DNA of 64,000 nt, from the NCBI GenBank assembly GCA_040285855.1, contig JAUFOQ010000018.1, positions 310,001-374,000 on the forward strand, in the 5' to 3' direction. The translations under genes were made by a program, and so were the position numbers. Each line of letters begins with the position of its first letter. Position 1 is the first letter of the stretch. The stretch comes from Eukaryota sp. GEM-RC1. Taxonomy: Eukaryota. The notes beneath the pieces were generated by a model. It saw only the letters and a program-made list of their open reading frames with translations, did not search any database and had not been told where the DNA came from. Positions 1-13,118 of the stretch are shown here, one piece after another.

Positions 1-1041
1 TTGCTTTTTCCTTAAAAAGGAAGATATTGTCAAAAACCTTGATGATTACTTGTTTTCGATTCAACAAGAGTTGGATAAGATTAAAGTTATTGAAATTGAA
101 AAACACTTAAAATTTTTCATGCTCAAAATTTGTTATTCTGGTAAAATGACTCATCTTTTAAGGTCCCTTGCTCCTGAGTTATCGTATGATTTCTGTAGAA
201 CTTTTAGCAAATTTCGCACAGACTTTCTTTCCTTCCTTCTTCAAGTCAACCCCAACATTTTAAATAACCACACATTTTCCAGTCCATATCTTGGAGGTTT
301 GGGGTTTACATCTTCTAAATGGTGGACTATAGCAGCTTTCAATGGTGGTGGAAAGAATTTTGTATTCGAGTTTTGTAATCGAGATCCATCAAGAACTTCT
401 CTTATTGAAAGTACTAGCAGCTTTTATCTTAATCATCTCCACGGTGAAAAGGAAATCTTTCTCCTGAGCTATAGTCATCTTACTCTCCTGATGATATCAA
501 AGAAATTCCACGTCGAAACATTATGTCTTTAAAGTTTGCTTTATAGAAGCTACAAAATCATTTATTAAAAAATTTCAAAGCTTAAATTTTACAGTTCGTC
601 TTAGCTCGGCCAAGGAAAAAGATCCAACTTTCGCCAAATTTTGAATTGATTTAAAGGAGAGTTCTGCTGTGGCATTAATTTATCAAATTCCACAAGTATA
701 TGGTTTATTAATAAATGATCATCAATGGACCACAACAATGAGACTACGTTGTTATTTATACCCATATAATTTGCCAAATGATCTTCATTGTAGCTGTGGA
801 CAACAATTAACGTTTTCTCATTTGTTAAGTTGTAATCGCTACACAACGTATCGAACGTGTATGCATGATGCTGTAAGGAATCAAATACATGCTATTTGTA
901 AGTCTTACAAAATTGAATCATTTGTTGAGCCACTTCTAAGATCTTTAGAACCATATAATAATGTCAAAAAACAGAACCAATATTTTGGTAAACGGAGAGC
1001 AGATGTTGTTGTCCCTTCTTCTTCAGACAAATTGTTTGTTG
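1..1041 (+). mobile_element. Degenerate CRE-clade non-LTR retrotransposon fragment (post-RT region, CCHC finger, start of RLE endonuclease)
   Basis: ORFs 50..532 and 669..1079 contain GGLGF, CSCGQQLTFSHLLSC, HDAVRN and RRADVVV. Near-identical to 38350-39290. Truncated at ~1041. Confidence 0.85.
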
Positions 1042-1828
1042 TAAAAATTAGACTTCAAATGCAGACGATGTGGGGTTGAAATTAAGAACACTTTTTCAAC
1101 ACGATTCAGGGACTCACATCTTAAGAACTGTGCTGGAAGGATAGTGATGAACTCCATGCACTCTTTTGTTTCATTGGCACTAAAGATCAGAAGTGTGAAG
1201 ATAAAGAAGCTAATACAGAGGGTCTTCAACAGCTCGTCCAAGAAATTACCTCCCCGCAAAAACAGTCTCAACCCACTCTTGCTTTGAGAGTCCAAGATGT
1301 TAAAGATACCATCAACAGAACTGTAGCCTGATCCGTTGTTGCTCTTGGTCTTCCTTTCTCCATTGTCGACAAGCTATTGTGGAAGAATATGCTTCTTGAA
1401 TATGCCACTGCTCATCGGGCACGTCAAGTTCCAGCTGATTTTGCTGGACCTACCCGAAAAACACTGACGGAAACATATTTGTCTGAAATTAGGAATTCAA
1501 TAACTGATTTGATTGCTGAAAAATTTGTTCCTTCCATTCTGAAATATAATTGTGGAAGTATTTGTCGACGGTTACAGTACTAAGGGCGATCCACGCCATA
1601 ATATTATCATTATCACTAAACGATTGTATTTTACTGTGGGCTCTGTTCCCCTCGTTGACGGAGCTGCTGATGGAGAGCATGTTCAACCGGTTATAGAATG
1701 GTCTGTTCTGCAAGTGGAAGAATTGATTCTGAAAACAGACTTGGAGACTGATTCTGTCGATGAAGACGTTGTTGATGATGATGATGAAGAAGTGCCCTCA
1801 CATAGTTCTCCTTAGTATAATGAACAGT
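1042..1828 (+). pseudogene. hAT transposase pseudogene, 5' part (BED finger, Hermes-like DNA-binding region, first catalytic Asp)
   Basis: Manual translation gives FKCRRC...HLKNC (BED), GLPFSIVDKLLWKNM, PTRKTL and VDGYS, with stops and frameshifts. The frame resumes after the LTR element at 11138. Confidence 0.8.
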
Positions 1829-1947
1829 TGTTGGGAACAAGTGTTACACGTAGTATTTCTGTATTGTAGCCATCTTTATCTTAGATTAACTTCTCTGTAT
1901 AAAGTAGGTATTCTACCTTCTTCTCATCTGCCGCAGAACCGGCATCA
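1829..1947 (+). repeat. 5' LTR (119 bp)
   Basis: Direct repeat of 11013-11133, differing by 6 substitutions and a 2-nt indel (manual count). Confidence 0.93.
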
Positions 1948-2320
1948 ATAGCTATTGGCCGCTTCCCAGACCTCCTTCTCTAACAAGTATCGTAGGTGTC
2001 CCAATACAAGCAAGGTTCCAATACAAGCAGGCCCCAATACAAGCAAATAAAAGTGTTTGCTTGTATTCTTCTCATGCATTCTGGATGTCGAGCGAGTTGT
2101 ACTTCTATACAAAGTTTATTAAAATTTATTACAACGTATGGAGCTGTGGACGAACTTCATAGTGTCCACTTGGGTGTTTACGTGATGTTGCAGATTTTTG
2201 CCCAAAGAACTCGATGGAGTTAGTGTATTGTTTGATATTTATAAAATCAGAAGGACAAAAGGGTGTATCAAAATCCAATTGGAAACAATAGGCAATAGAA
2301 TCCCTTTTTTTCTTCATCTC

Positions 2321-5300
2321 ATGGCACCAATAATATCTAAACCAGCTAAACCTCCTCCTCGAAATAAATCAAGTGGTCTCCGCCGTCTTCCAAGAAAATG
2401 TAGCTGTTGTTCTTCAACAACTCATGATAAACGAAACTGTCCTGTTCGTTTTGAAGCAGAAGATGCTGCTGCCACTGTTGCTGCTTGTAAGTCCATCCCT
2501 ACCGAGAGGTCTCCATTGTTTGATACTGATGTTTTCGATGTGCTTCCTTCTTCGGAGTCTGTAACTTCTCGTACTTGTCTCTTTTGCCTTTGTCCAATTA
2601 CAGGGACTAATTCTTCAGGTAGACCTTTGCTTTGTTGTTCGTCGTGTTCCCCACATGATGTATCTCGTCCCCCTCTTTCAATTCATTTGTCTGTTAATCC
2701 TCTGCATGCTTCTTCTTTAGCATCAACTGTTCGATCTTTGACGTATCCTCTCAGAAATGGTTCGTGGAATCCTGCCCCTTTGTGGCGGTTCTTTCTATAT
2801 CATGGGAAAGGTAAAACTTCTCGATCTCAGTCTAAGTCGTCTAACAATTCTAAAAGGAGTCTGTTTCGCTCTTTAGTTTTCCGGGGTCAGTTTTCATCTG
2901 CTATCTCCCTCCTGGATGGAACTGATCTAGCTCAAAATTCTTTAGAAACTGTCAAGAAGCTGAGGTTGCTGCATCCAGTTGAACCTCCTTTTATTATTGA
3001 GAAGACTACTTCAAATTTTTGGTTAGATTCTCCTATCACAAAGGATCAAGTGTCAAATGCCATCTTAAAAGCTAAAAGTGGTAAAGCTGCAGGTCCGTCA
3101 GGGCTGAGTTTTGATCACTTAAAAGCAGCCATTTCACATTCTACTGAAATTTGTGACGATTTAGCTGTTTTTTACAATCTAATTTGTCAGTGTCCAGCTA
3201 AGTGCCCTCGTGCTCTGAAATCTAGCCGCTTGGTTGCATTGAACAAGAATGGTGGAGGTGTTAGACCTATTGCTGTTGGTGAAGTTGTCATCCGTCTTTT
3301 TGCTACTATTTGTTTCGACAGAAATAAAGACAAAGCTGTGTCGTTCTTCAGACCTTTTCAGTATTGTATTGGTATCGTTGATGGTACTAATTGTGCTAGT
3401 TTAATGACGGATTTTTTCCTAAACAGTGATGTCAACAACTTGGTTCTTAATGTTGATTATAAGAATGCTTTTAATTGTGTTTTTCGTTCTGAAATTTATA
3501 AGGATTTAGTCGCTCATTTTCTTGAGCTGATTTCATACTTTAATTTAATGTATGGTTCTTATACTTCTCTATTATTCAATGAACACACTATTTCGTCTTC
3601 TCGTGGTGTTAAACAGGGTGACCCTTTGGGCCCTTTCTTGTTTTGTCTTCCCTTACAAAGAATTCTTCGTCTTTTTTCTTTAAAATTTCCTAATATCAAG
3701 TTAACTTCGTATGCTGATGACACTTCATTAGTAGGACCATTGGATGCTCTGAAATCTAGTTTTGCTCATTTCGTTTCCTTATCGAAAGGTATCAATCAAT
3801 CTGCAGAAATGTTTGGTTATTGGTAGAACTCCTGTCAAAATTCTTCATGGCGAATCATCGATACCATTCGTTAATTATTCCAAGGAATGTATTCGTTTTT
3901 TGGGAAATTATATAGGTAGTGATGAGGAAATCAAGAAGCGTTTAGCCGAAAAGAATTTGTCAATTCATTGCAAACTCAAAGAAGTTCTGGATCTGGGAGT
4001 TGGGAAGCAGATTTCTTTTGCCGTTTTACAAGCTTGCTTTGCTGGTAAAATCACTCATTATCTAAGGGGCCTTCCTCCTAATGTTACTTGTGATTTTTCG
4101 AGAGATTTTAACAAGATCCGAACCAAGTTTTTGAGTGTATTGATAGACTGTGGTGACACTTCGTTGCCAGGTCACTGCTTTACATCCACTTGTTTTGGGG
4201 GTGTAGGTTTCTCAAAAGCAAAGTATCTTCGTGAAGGAGCTTTCTTAGGGTGGTTAAAGAATTTCGTGTTCGAGTTTCGTGTCCGTTATCCTGATCTTTG
4301 GCTTGATCATCGTTTTCTCTCATCCTCCCCGTGTTCATGGTTAACTAGTCTGCAAGATCAGATTGAGAACCTTGATGCTGATATATGGGCATCTCTTTTC
4401 CCCATATCTGTTACTGAGATCCCTCAAAGAAGTTTGTTCTCCTTACCACTATGTGTCCGTAAATTGCAGAAGCAATTTATCAACTATCATGAAAGCTTGG
4501 ACTTTAACAATCGTATTAGCTTGGCTAAAATCGAGAGTCCCGCTTTTTGTGCTTTTTTGAAAGACATTTCTAGTGATGAGGCTTCTACTTTGATTACTCG
4601 ATATCCTCAAAGATATAGTTTCAACTTAAAAGATCATGAATGGCTTATCAACATTCGTTTGAGGTTGGGTTTATGGCCTGTTGGTCTCCTGCAAAAGTCT
4701 ACTTGTGTGTGTGGTTCTTCTTTAGCCTCTTTCCCTAACCCTAACCCTAACCCTAACCCTAACCCTAACCCTAACCCTAACCCTAACCCTCATGTGGTCA
4801 ACTGTCATAAGTTTATTCATTTAAGATCAATTATTCACAACAGTTTACGTGATCAATGTTTAGAATTGTTTAAGAGTAATGGTTTTCATGGGAAAATCGA
4901 ACCAGTTTTAAATACTTTGTCTGACTCCAATCATGAGGGATAAGAGTAGAGGTGATTTGATTGGTCCTTGGTTGTCCTCTCAAGAAATAATTATGGACTT
5001 TACTACGGTTGATCCTTGTAACTCAACTTCCGTTAACAAAATTTTAGACGAAAACTATTCAGCTCTTGAAACTGCTGAAAGGAAAAAATTAGATCGTTAT
5101 GGCGAATTAATTTCCAAGATGAATTCTCGCCGACACAATCCTTTTGTTTTCCATCCTTTTGCTATTTCTCTTTATGGTAAGTTTGGTTGCTTTGGTCAAC
5201 AATTTCTCACAGATTTTGGCAAATTGTGTAAGCAGTATGGAAAGAATTTTAATGAAAGTTACTGGAGAGGAAGGTTGTCGTTTTGCCTTTTCAAAGCATT

Positions 5301-5367
5301 GTTTAGGTATTTTGATTCAATTTTGAACCGTCTCTTTGCATTGAGACATGAATTTGAGATGATATAG
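2321..5367 (+). pseudogene. CRE single ORF: CCHC knuckle, reverse transcriptase, CCHC, restriction-like endonuclease (2 frameshifts)
   Basis: CSCCSSTTHDKRNC; GKAAGPSG; VRPIAVGE; DYKNAFN; GVKQGDPLGP; YADD; RGDL...MDFT...D...E..K..Y. Frame breaks at ~3790 and ~4938. Confidence 0.9.
4733..4790 (+). repeat. Interstitial telomeric repeat (CCCTAA)9CCCT
   Basis: Nine perfect CCCTAA units inside the CRE ORF, translated as PNPNPN... Confidence 0.95.
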
Positions 5368-5753
5368 AGGTATTTGTATCTCATTTGTTAATATTGATGA
5401 TAGTTTGTATTTGTAAGAGTAAATAAAAGGCGTTTTTGAATCCCTGTCAATAGAACTTTGCTCCTATACAGACAAATACATGTACTGTATTGTGTATTTG
5501 TAGAACAAATTAAAATACTGTTATTAAAGCATGTGGCGTATTGATGTATTGTTATATATTTTTGCTGTATTTATAATACAGTGTACAAGTAGCATTACGA
5601 AATAGGGCATGTGGTCCTGTAATATATTGAAAACAAAGGTTTCGTCACTTCATCGTATAATAGGATTCCAATACAAGCAGGTCCCAATACAAGCAAAAAA
5701 AATGTGTTTGCTTGTATAAGATATATAGTTGCTTGTATTGGGACACATACGAT

Positions 5754-7182
5754 ATGTCAACTAAACCCCAAACTTCACTTCCAGCATCACATCTCCTTGC
5801 TGACCAAGTACGCATCGTAGCACCGAAGCTGTCCTCCCTCTCTACGAATGCCGTCGTTCGCTTCGTTCAGGAAGTCTCCCACTTCCTTCAGGCCTCTGAG
5901 CCTAACCAATCCCAAAATATTCCTTTGACAGAACCAACTGTGTTTCCTTCCTTCTCCACCTCCATTCCTTCAGCTGCTGAACGCTTAGCAGAAGTCGAAC
6001 AGATGATCCACGTCGCTTTGAAAGAATCTCACCTTGAGGGTTTTGACCCTGAAACCTTTGCCGCCTACTGGTCCGCCGCCAAGAAAGTCACAATTGCCGC
6101 CAACCCCTCTTCTCCTAAATCCTCTTCAGGAACCTATATCCTCAATTTTCTCAAAGATGATGCGGATGCTCTAAAACGCAACTTAAAAGTCCTCTAAGTT
6201 ATCTCACTGCTCTTCCTCCCCTCATCAGCTTGATGACTGCAATGGCTCCTCATTTTTCGATGACCCTCCTGTCCCTGAAGGTTTTCATCGCTTTATCCTT
6301 CCCAACATCCTTAGTCTAATACGCATTATGTGTCCAGCCGCTCTTTCAAGCCAAGAAAACCTGTGGAGTTATTTACTATCCACCATAGCCGCCAAAGACG
6401 CCTCAGAAGCCAGAAGATTGCTGAATTCGCTCTCAGTGAAAACGCCAGGCCGAAAAATCCTCACATTTTACATCATGGATCGTTAGAAAGCCGCCCAGAG
6501 ATGCAAAAACTTCCTTAACACCTCCAGGCCGAAACCTCTAATGGAAAGCTTCATTCAAGGCCTTAAGCCCTACGCTTTAAAAACCAAACTGATGGACGAA
6601 TTCAAGATGAACATTATCCAAGACATCGATTCGTTGATCTCCAAAACGATCGTGTTCAACGAATCTATAGCTCCAGAAGAAACAAACCCCAAATTCCGCA
6701 ATCATCAAAGAAGACATTACTTTAGAAACACTAACTCCGACCTTGGAACCAGAACATCCTACCCTAACTCCAACCCCCGAAATAAAGAACCAGCCGGCGA
6801 AACGAAAAGCTGCTCTTTCTGTAAGAAAGACGGCCACAGTATTTCGCCAAAGTCAAAAACGTACTCCAACCCCAAAAAACCTAAAAGAACAACCGACAAT
6901 TCTAGAAGAACCACGAGATCACAAAACTCTCGAAACAACTTCATCTCTGTTGCTCCTCACACAAATAATCCTCCTCCATCTCCAGACGTACGCTTTGAAA
7001 GCGATTCTGACAATTCCCCCATTGAGTTCGACCTAGATCTCCCACAGATCTTGAGTAACACCTTCTGCTTAAAGAATACCCCTAAACTTGCTTCCCGAAC
7101 GCTAGATATTGAGGCAGAAACCAGATTTGCTGAAAACGCTGCTGTGAGTGTTCCGCAGAAACTAACCTCCCCCTGGGGTTGA
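5754..7182 (+). pseudogene. gypsy gag (disrupted)
   Basis: ATG at 5754 (MSTKPQ). FIQGLKP motif and CSFCKKDGH knuckle remnant. Several stops and frameshifts. Confidence 0.7.
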
Positions 7183-7321
7183 GGCCAATTACACACTTGG
7201 GTTTTGACCCTCGTGTACCTGTGCGAGATACGCCACTCAGTGGTCGATCAAGTCCAGCAGAAACTAAGGTGAAAACGTTAAGGAACAATACGAACGGGTC
7301 CACTTCCCTCACAAAAGAAAT

Positions 7322-10300
7322 ATGAATCGCCTACTTAACATGAAAGTTCAGGTAAACGATACTGAATTCACAGCCTTAATAGACAGTGCTTGTGAAACGA
7401 GTTGCTTCGCTGCCGACGTAGCCAAAAAAGCACAATGCGTCATAACAGAGTCACGTATGAAGTTCACCTTAGTAAACGGTGAAACTATCACCTCTTCAGA
7501 CACAGCAGAATGTATTCTGACATTCGAATTCGACCGCATGCTTTCACCTCGTGTCTATTTAAAGTCTCAGATCCCATTCATCCCGGGAAAAGAACTATTT
7601 CTCGTCGGGTGTGATATTTTAGCCAGCCTCGGACTACTAAAAGATAACTCTCTAGTTATACAAATGAACAATGAACACACCAAATTCACCAATGCAGAAG
7701 CCACAATGGATCACCTGATAATCCAACCGCCTAAACCTACTCTGACAGCAACATTAAGAACTGAACCAATTGACCTCTCTGAAAGTAGAATCGAACTTCC
7801 TGCAGCCATGAAATCTGAACTCACAGCCTTGCTAGAACAGAACCGTGATATTTTTGGAAAACCTCACCCTGATGGGATCAAATGCGTTCCCATGAATATT
7901 CCATTTTACGATGAAACCGCCACCTGTATCAAGTCAGCCCGCCAACTAAACCCGAATAAACTACGCATAGCTAATGAAATCTTAGACGAACTCATTGAAG
8001 ACGGCTTTACAGAGGAATGTTCCGTTTCAAATTTCTCAAGCCCCATTGTTCCTGTAATCTGTCCGGATGGTAAAAAACCCAGACTGACGGGAACTATTCC
8101 GGTAATGGTGGTATTAACGCATTGACCAAGCCTTTAGATGCAAATTTACCCAAGATTTCTGACATCTCGCTCTTTCTGACTGGAAGCAAACTATATCTGT
8201 ACTCTGCCCAAAGCCTTTTGGCAGGAGCCACTTGACCGTTCAGAATGGAAAAGACAACCCTAAGCATTTCAGGAAGAAGCATTTTCTTCAAAAGAGCCGC
8301 CTTTGGTTTGAAAAATGTACCAGCATTTTTTCAGAACATGATGGTTGAGATAAAAATTAAAGAGCTAAAGAACGTCTTCATTTACATTGATGACATCGTA
8401 ATAGCCGCAAAATCTAAAGAAGAACTGCTTACTACCTTATACAAAACAGAGCTAGAGAATTCAATGTACGCTTTGCCCTAAAGAAGTGTGCATTCTTAAC
8501 TTGCGAACATCCAATTAAAATTTTGGGAGCTGTCTTCCAGAACAAAAAAATATCTATAAACCCCGATCGAGTAGCGGCTATCATCAAACTCCCTCTCCCT
8601 ACAACTATTGGAGAACTTCGCTCATTTAATGGCTCAATTAACTACATTAGAGACTGGATCCCGAAACTCTCTGAACTTATTCAACCGCTGACTGCCCTGA
8701 CTAAGAAGTACCTAGCTGATAGAAGATCAGTGAAATCCAAAGGGACTAACTTTCACACTAAATGCTTCCTAAAAATCAAACAGCTTATCACCTCATCTTG
8801 CTGTCTGAGCCTCCCAGAACCACAAGCTAAAATTATTGTGTCTACTGATGCTTCAGATAAGGCAATTAGTGGTGTTGTTTGGAAAAAAATGGACGATTCC
8901 CCCACCTCTTCTCCTCTCGCTCTCCAAAAGTTGGAACCCATTGGTTTTTTCTCTAAAACTTTAAGCGAAACACAAGTAAGCTGGCCAATAATTCAAAAGA
9001 GTTATTTGCCATAATCTGTACGTTAAACCAGCCATCTTTGGCAAATTTTTTATTAACTCGCCATTTGACGATATTTTGCGATCACCGTAACATCGTATAC
9101 CTCCTAAACCAACCGAAACGAAACCGTATAGTTACGCGTTGGATTTCCTTTCTATCTAACTTCTCCTTTGCAATCTTCCATGTAGAAGGCCCCAACAACC
9201 TGTTTGCCGACCTCCTCTCACGCCTTACTCCTGCAAATCACCAACTATCGAACAATGACAACGATCAAGAAAGCTTATGCTATTCCTTGCTCATATTTTC
9301 GTCTGGTGACGATGAATACCAGCGGAAGAATCAGCTTCGGAAGCAGCATTTCATCATCCAACCCTTCAACACGAATCTGAATATCACACTGAAACACGAC
9401 AGGCTCTCATCAAAACGCGTGGAATGAAAAAGACATCCTGTTCAAAGAACTGAAAGTAGAACAAAAAACCCTCTCAGAACTGAACACACTGATTGAAGAT
9501 ACACATTCTGTAAATCAAGTGTTCTGTTTAACAAATCCGGTATTCACTCTCACAAAATCGAGCAACGGAGACAACGTCTGGTTATATAGCCTCCGAACAC
9601 GTCAACAAATTGAATTTCGATCCTCAAAAGAAGACTGTTCTTGGGACCCCTTCACCAACTTTTTCTTAACAAATGACAAAAGATTTTGATTCCACAGTCA
9701 CTAAGACGTGAAGTCCTTTGGAATACACACAGATATGCTCATTGTGGGCATCCACCTTTCGATATGGTTATCAAATCGCTGAAAGAAAGTCCCTATAGCT
9801 GGCCCAACATGGAGCAAGACTTACGCAACCACATCAAATGTTGTCCGTACTGTCAAAAAACAGTTCCTGCACCCGCAGCGATAGCCAAACACTCAGGAGC
9901 TGTCTCTTCAACACCTTTGAATGTGTTTACGCTGACACTATGGGTCGACTTCCAGCAGACCTTGGAAACAGATACATTCTTGTATTCGTAGACGCGTTTA
10001 CAAGATATACTGTACTATGCCCCACTGACTCCATCAGTGCCACTAACACAGCCTACTGTCTGATTAATTCGATATGTGCCAAATTTGGCATACCAGAAAA
10101 AATACATTCGGACAATGGTCTAGAGTTTTCAAACGCGATCTTCAAAGCTGTTTGTTCGTTTTTAAACATAACTAACTCCTTCAGTCTACCTCATCTCCAC
10201 CAGAGTAATGGCCTTGTCGAAAGACGAAACAGGGAAATCAACAGCACTCTAAAGAAGTTCCTGTACGACCTTAATGATTTTCAAAACTGGTACACGCACT

Positions 10301-10957
10301 TACCAATGGTTCAACTGATGATAAACAATCAGAAACACTTTGTCACAAAACACACGCCGTGGGAACTCATGTTCGGATCTCCAATAGATCCAAAAAAACC
10401 TGTCATTGACCTCTTGAACTAGTTAACAGCCAAACCAGCTCCTTCCACAGAAAACGTGTTTGTTGATGCACTCGCTGCAAGAACTTCTTTCCTTAAAGAA
10501 GCATGGGAAGAAGCTGCAACAAACCAGCAAGCACATCTGATAAAAATCTCTAATGCTCCAAAGGGTTCATCTGCAAAGAATCCCTTCCAAGTAGGAGACT
10601 TAGTCCTCCGACAAAACGACCAACCGCAACGACTCCATGGATCTTGGTTAGGTCCATTCAAAGTAATTACCAGTAACCCTAACTTGTCTAAAGTAAAGAT
10701 CCTCAACCTCGTTAGTGGTAATGAGTTGACCACCTCCAGCAAGCTTGAGACCTTTCTACGCTTCGAACTCCAACCCCGAATATCTCCAGACAATTGCTGC
10801 TATGGTTCAACAAGAAACTTTTCTGACGGATATAATCGATGTAGATCTCACTGCTCGAACCGCTGTTGTACGTTGGATCGATGGTTCAACCACTGTAGAA
10901 CCACTCAAAGGAATCATGAAGACTTCTGCCTGGTATGATTCCCATTTCTCTCACTAA
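7322..10957 (+). pseudogene. gypsy pol (protease, RT, RNase H, integrase, chromo-like tail; frameshifted)
   Basis: ALIDSA; FGLKNVP...YIDD; TDASD; DHRNI; H..H...C..C; SDNG..F...SNGLVER; GPFKV; VRWIDGSTTVEP. Confidence 0.9.
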
Positions 10958-11012
10958 CCTGTACCACTCTTTCCTCATTAAGCTTTGGTGAGCTTAAAAG
11001 AAGGAAGATCAA

Positions 11013-11133
11013 TGTTGGTAACAAGTGTTACACGTAGTCTATTTCTGTAGTGTAGCCATCTTTATCTTAGATTATCTTCTCTCTATAAACAAGGTATTCT
11101 ACCTTCTTCTCATCTGCCGCAGAACCGGCATCA
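11013..11133 (+). repeat. 3' LTR (121 bp)
   Basis: Matches 1829-1947 and follows the polypurine tract. Confidence 0.93.
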
Positions 11134-11137
11134 CAGT

Positions 11138-12560
11138 TGAGAAATCTATATTGGTTTACTACTGACGGAGCTAGAGTTAACGATCGCGCCGCTGACCTCG
11201 TAAAGGATTTTGCTTCTCTTGACTGGGTACAATCCTTGTTCAAACCGGCCAAAGTCCTAATTTCAGATTTCCAAAATCGGTCTCAGCCTGCCAAATGGCT
11301 TCCAACAATGTAAAGGTAAAAAGCTTAAGTCATATTCTGTCACCAGGTTTGCATACGCCCTTCTTATGTTTCAACGATTACTGGAAAACCGCGACAAGTT
11401 CCTTACGGTTATTAACAGTGACTTGTGCAATGCTAGGATTGCTTGAATTATTAATTCGAATAAAAAAGTTGTTCTTATCGAAGCTACTCGAATCGTTCGT
11501 GCAGTAGACTTGGAAAGTGCTCGCTTTTGGATTGATACTGATGTATTCGTGACTTCGTGTAATCCTGTTTTTTCACTGTTACGTTTAGCGGATGAAGCTT
11601 GATCTGGATTCGCATCTTTTGCATTATATGGGTTTGGAGTGACTCTAAAGAATGCTAAGAAACAACTAGCAGGTAGATGTATCTACTACAATGAACTTAT
11701 CAATGATAATGAACATATGTTTGAATCATTGCCTGTTGATGCATCGACACTTCTTCTAACATCTACAGAAGTTGATAGTAAAGTGGCTGAATTGGACAGT
11801 ATCTTCAAATCCCGGTTACGATACATAAACTCTGATGCCCTTTTATTGCACGCTTACTGAATCCTGCTTTAAGGGTATCAAACCAGAGTTTTTTGCTAAT
11901 AATTCAAACATGACCATACTTTTTGACTTTTTCTCATTATTCGTTTGTTCTGATAAACTCACTTCTGAGTTCGAGACATTCACAGTAGATTATGTGTTTG
12001 TAAATGAGTCTTACACTTTGGCACCACATTTTTGGTGGATTATCAAAGGATACAAGAAGTTTCCCCACTTAAGCAGACTTGCTGCTCGGATTTGTCAAGC
12101 TACGGCTTCAGCTTCGGTTACAGAGCGCTACTGGAGTGCATTAGATTTTTGTTTTTCTAAAGGACGTTTAAATATGTCAGACACTCACATAGATATTGTG
12201 ATTGGAGATTATTCTAACCTGCCTCTATTGAATCAAGAAGCACGAGATCTGAATTTCACACAATTCAAAATGTCTATGGAAGAAGATATCAACCATTGTT
12301 ACATCCAAGCAAATATCTGGAGTGAAGTTCGCACCAGCACTGAACGATCTCTGAGTGCTGAAGATGAATTAGTAGACAAGGGTGATGAATCTTTAGATGT
12401 TGACCTTAGGGAGGTAATAGAAGAAGTCCATGTTCAAAGCCTAATATCTGACATTACAAAAGAAAACCCTGTGCATCTTGTTGTTGCATCAGATGAAGAC
12501 GATGCCAATGTGGTGCAAATACTGAATTATCCACCAAAAAAAACTAGCAGAAATACATAG
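11138..12560 (+). pseudogene. hAT transposase pseudogene, 3' part including the hAT C-terminal dimerisation domain
   Basis: Removing the LTR element joins ...YNEQ|LRNLYWFTTDGA. C-terminal FWW...FPHLSRLAARICQATASASVTERYWS. Confidence 0.85.
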
Positions 12561-12989
12561 TAATTAATTGATGAAGTAAAGTAGAAATAAACGTATTTGT
12601 TTAAGATCGTGATAAATTAGCACTGTTGTACTGTTGTTTGAGATCAAATTGTTGGGGTGATCAGTCATAATAGAATACTTATTCATATCAGTTATGAAGA
12701 GTACACTTTTCATATCGTTTGGGATTGTTGCGATTGTGAATTGTGAAAACAAATCCCAAAATAGTGCAACAATATTGTGAAGTACAACTATGTTTCACTT
12801 ATTATTAACTTATGCAAATGCATTTATTTCACTGACTGATCATATACCCCGTTTTTTCTCTTATATGACAATCACATTTGAATCACAAGTAGTGTGGTCA
12901 CAAACATGCCAGTGTTTATGATCCACAAGTATGGATAGAATATAAAGGTTATACATGATGAGTTAGAATAAATATAAAATCTAATATAA

Positions 12990-13118
12990 CTGTATACCCT
13001 CGATATAGTGCATCCCTATGGGCAGACGTTATATACATGAATGGAAGAGTCGTGTCAGGGAAATTTGTTGTGAAAAGTGACCTTAATGGGAGGGTGGCAC
13101 TATATTGAGGGTGTACGG
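12990..13118. mobile_element. Tiny MITE (129 bp)
   Basis: 22-bp imperfect TIR C(T/C)GTA(T/C)ACCCTC(G/A)ATATAGTGC with 3 mismatches. TA present on the right flank only. Confidence 0.5.

Larger units (their letters stand above)
2306..5437 (+). mobile_element. Full-length (~3.1 kb) CRE-clade non-LTR retrotransposon
   Basis: 8-bp TSD GAATCCCT at 2298-2305 and 5438-5445. 15-nt T-rich 5' leader. 3' end AATAAAAGGCGTTTTT. Confidence 0.88.
1990..5752. mobile_element. Tc1/mariner(pogo)-type MITE (~620 bp without its CRE insert), inserted at the gypsy gag start codon
   Basis: 24-bp TIR TCGTA(G/T)GTGTCCCAATACAAGCAA. TA on both sides (1988-89, 5753-54). Subterminal CCAATACAAGCA repeats. Confidence 0.88.
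1829..11133 (+). mobile_element. Ty3/gypsy LTR retrotransposon, full length but decayed, chromovirus-like
   Basis: LTRs at 1829-1947 and 11013-11133 (TG...CA). 4-bp TSD CAGT at 1825-1828 and 11134-11137. PPT AAAAGAAGGAAGA at 10996-11008. Domain order is gag-PR-RT-RH-IN. Confidence 0.93.
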
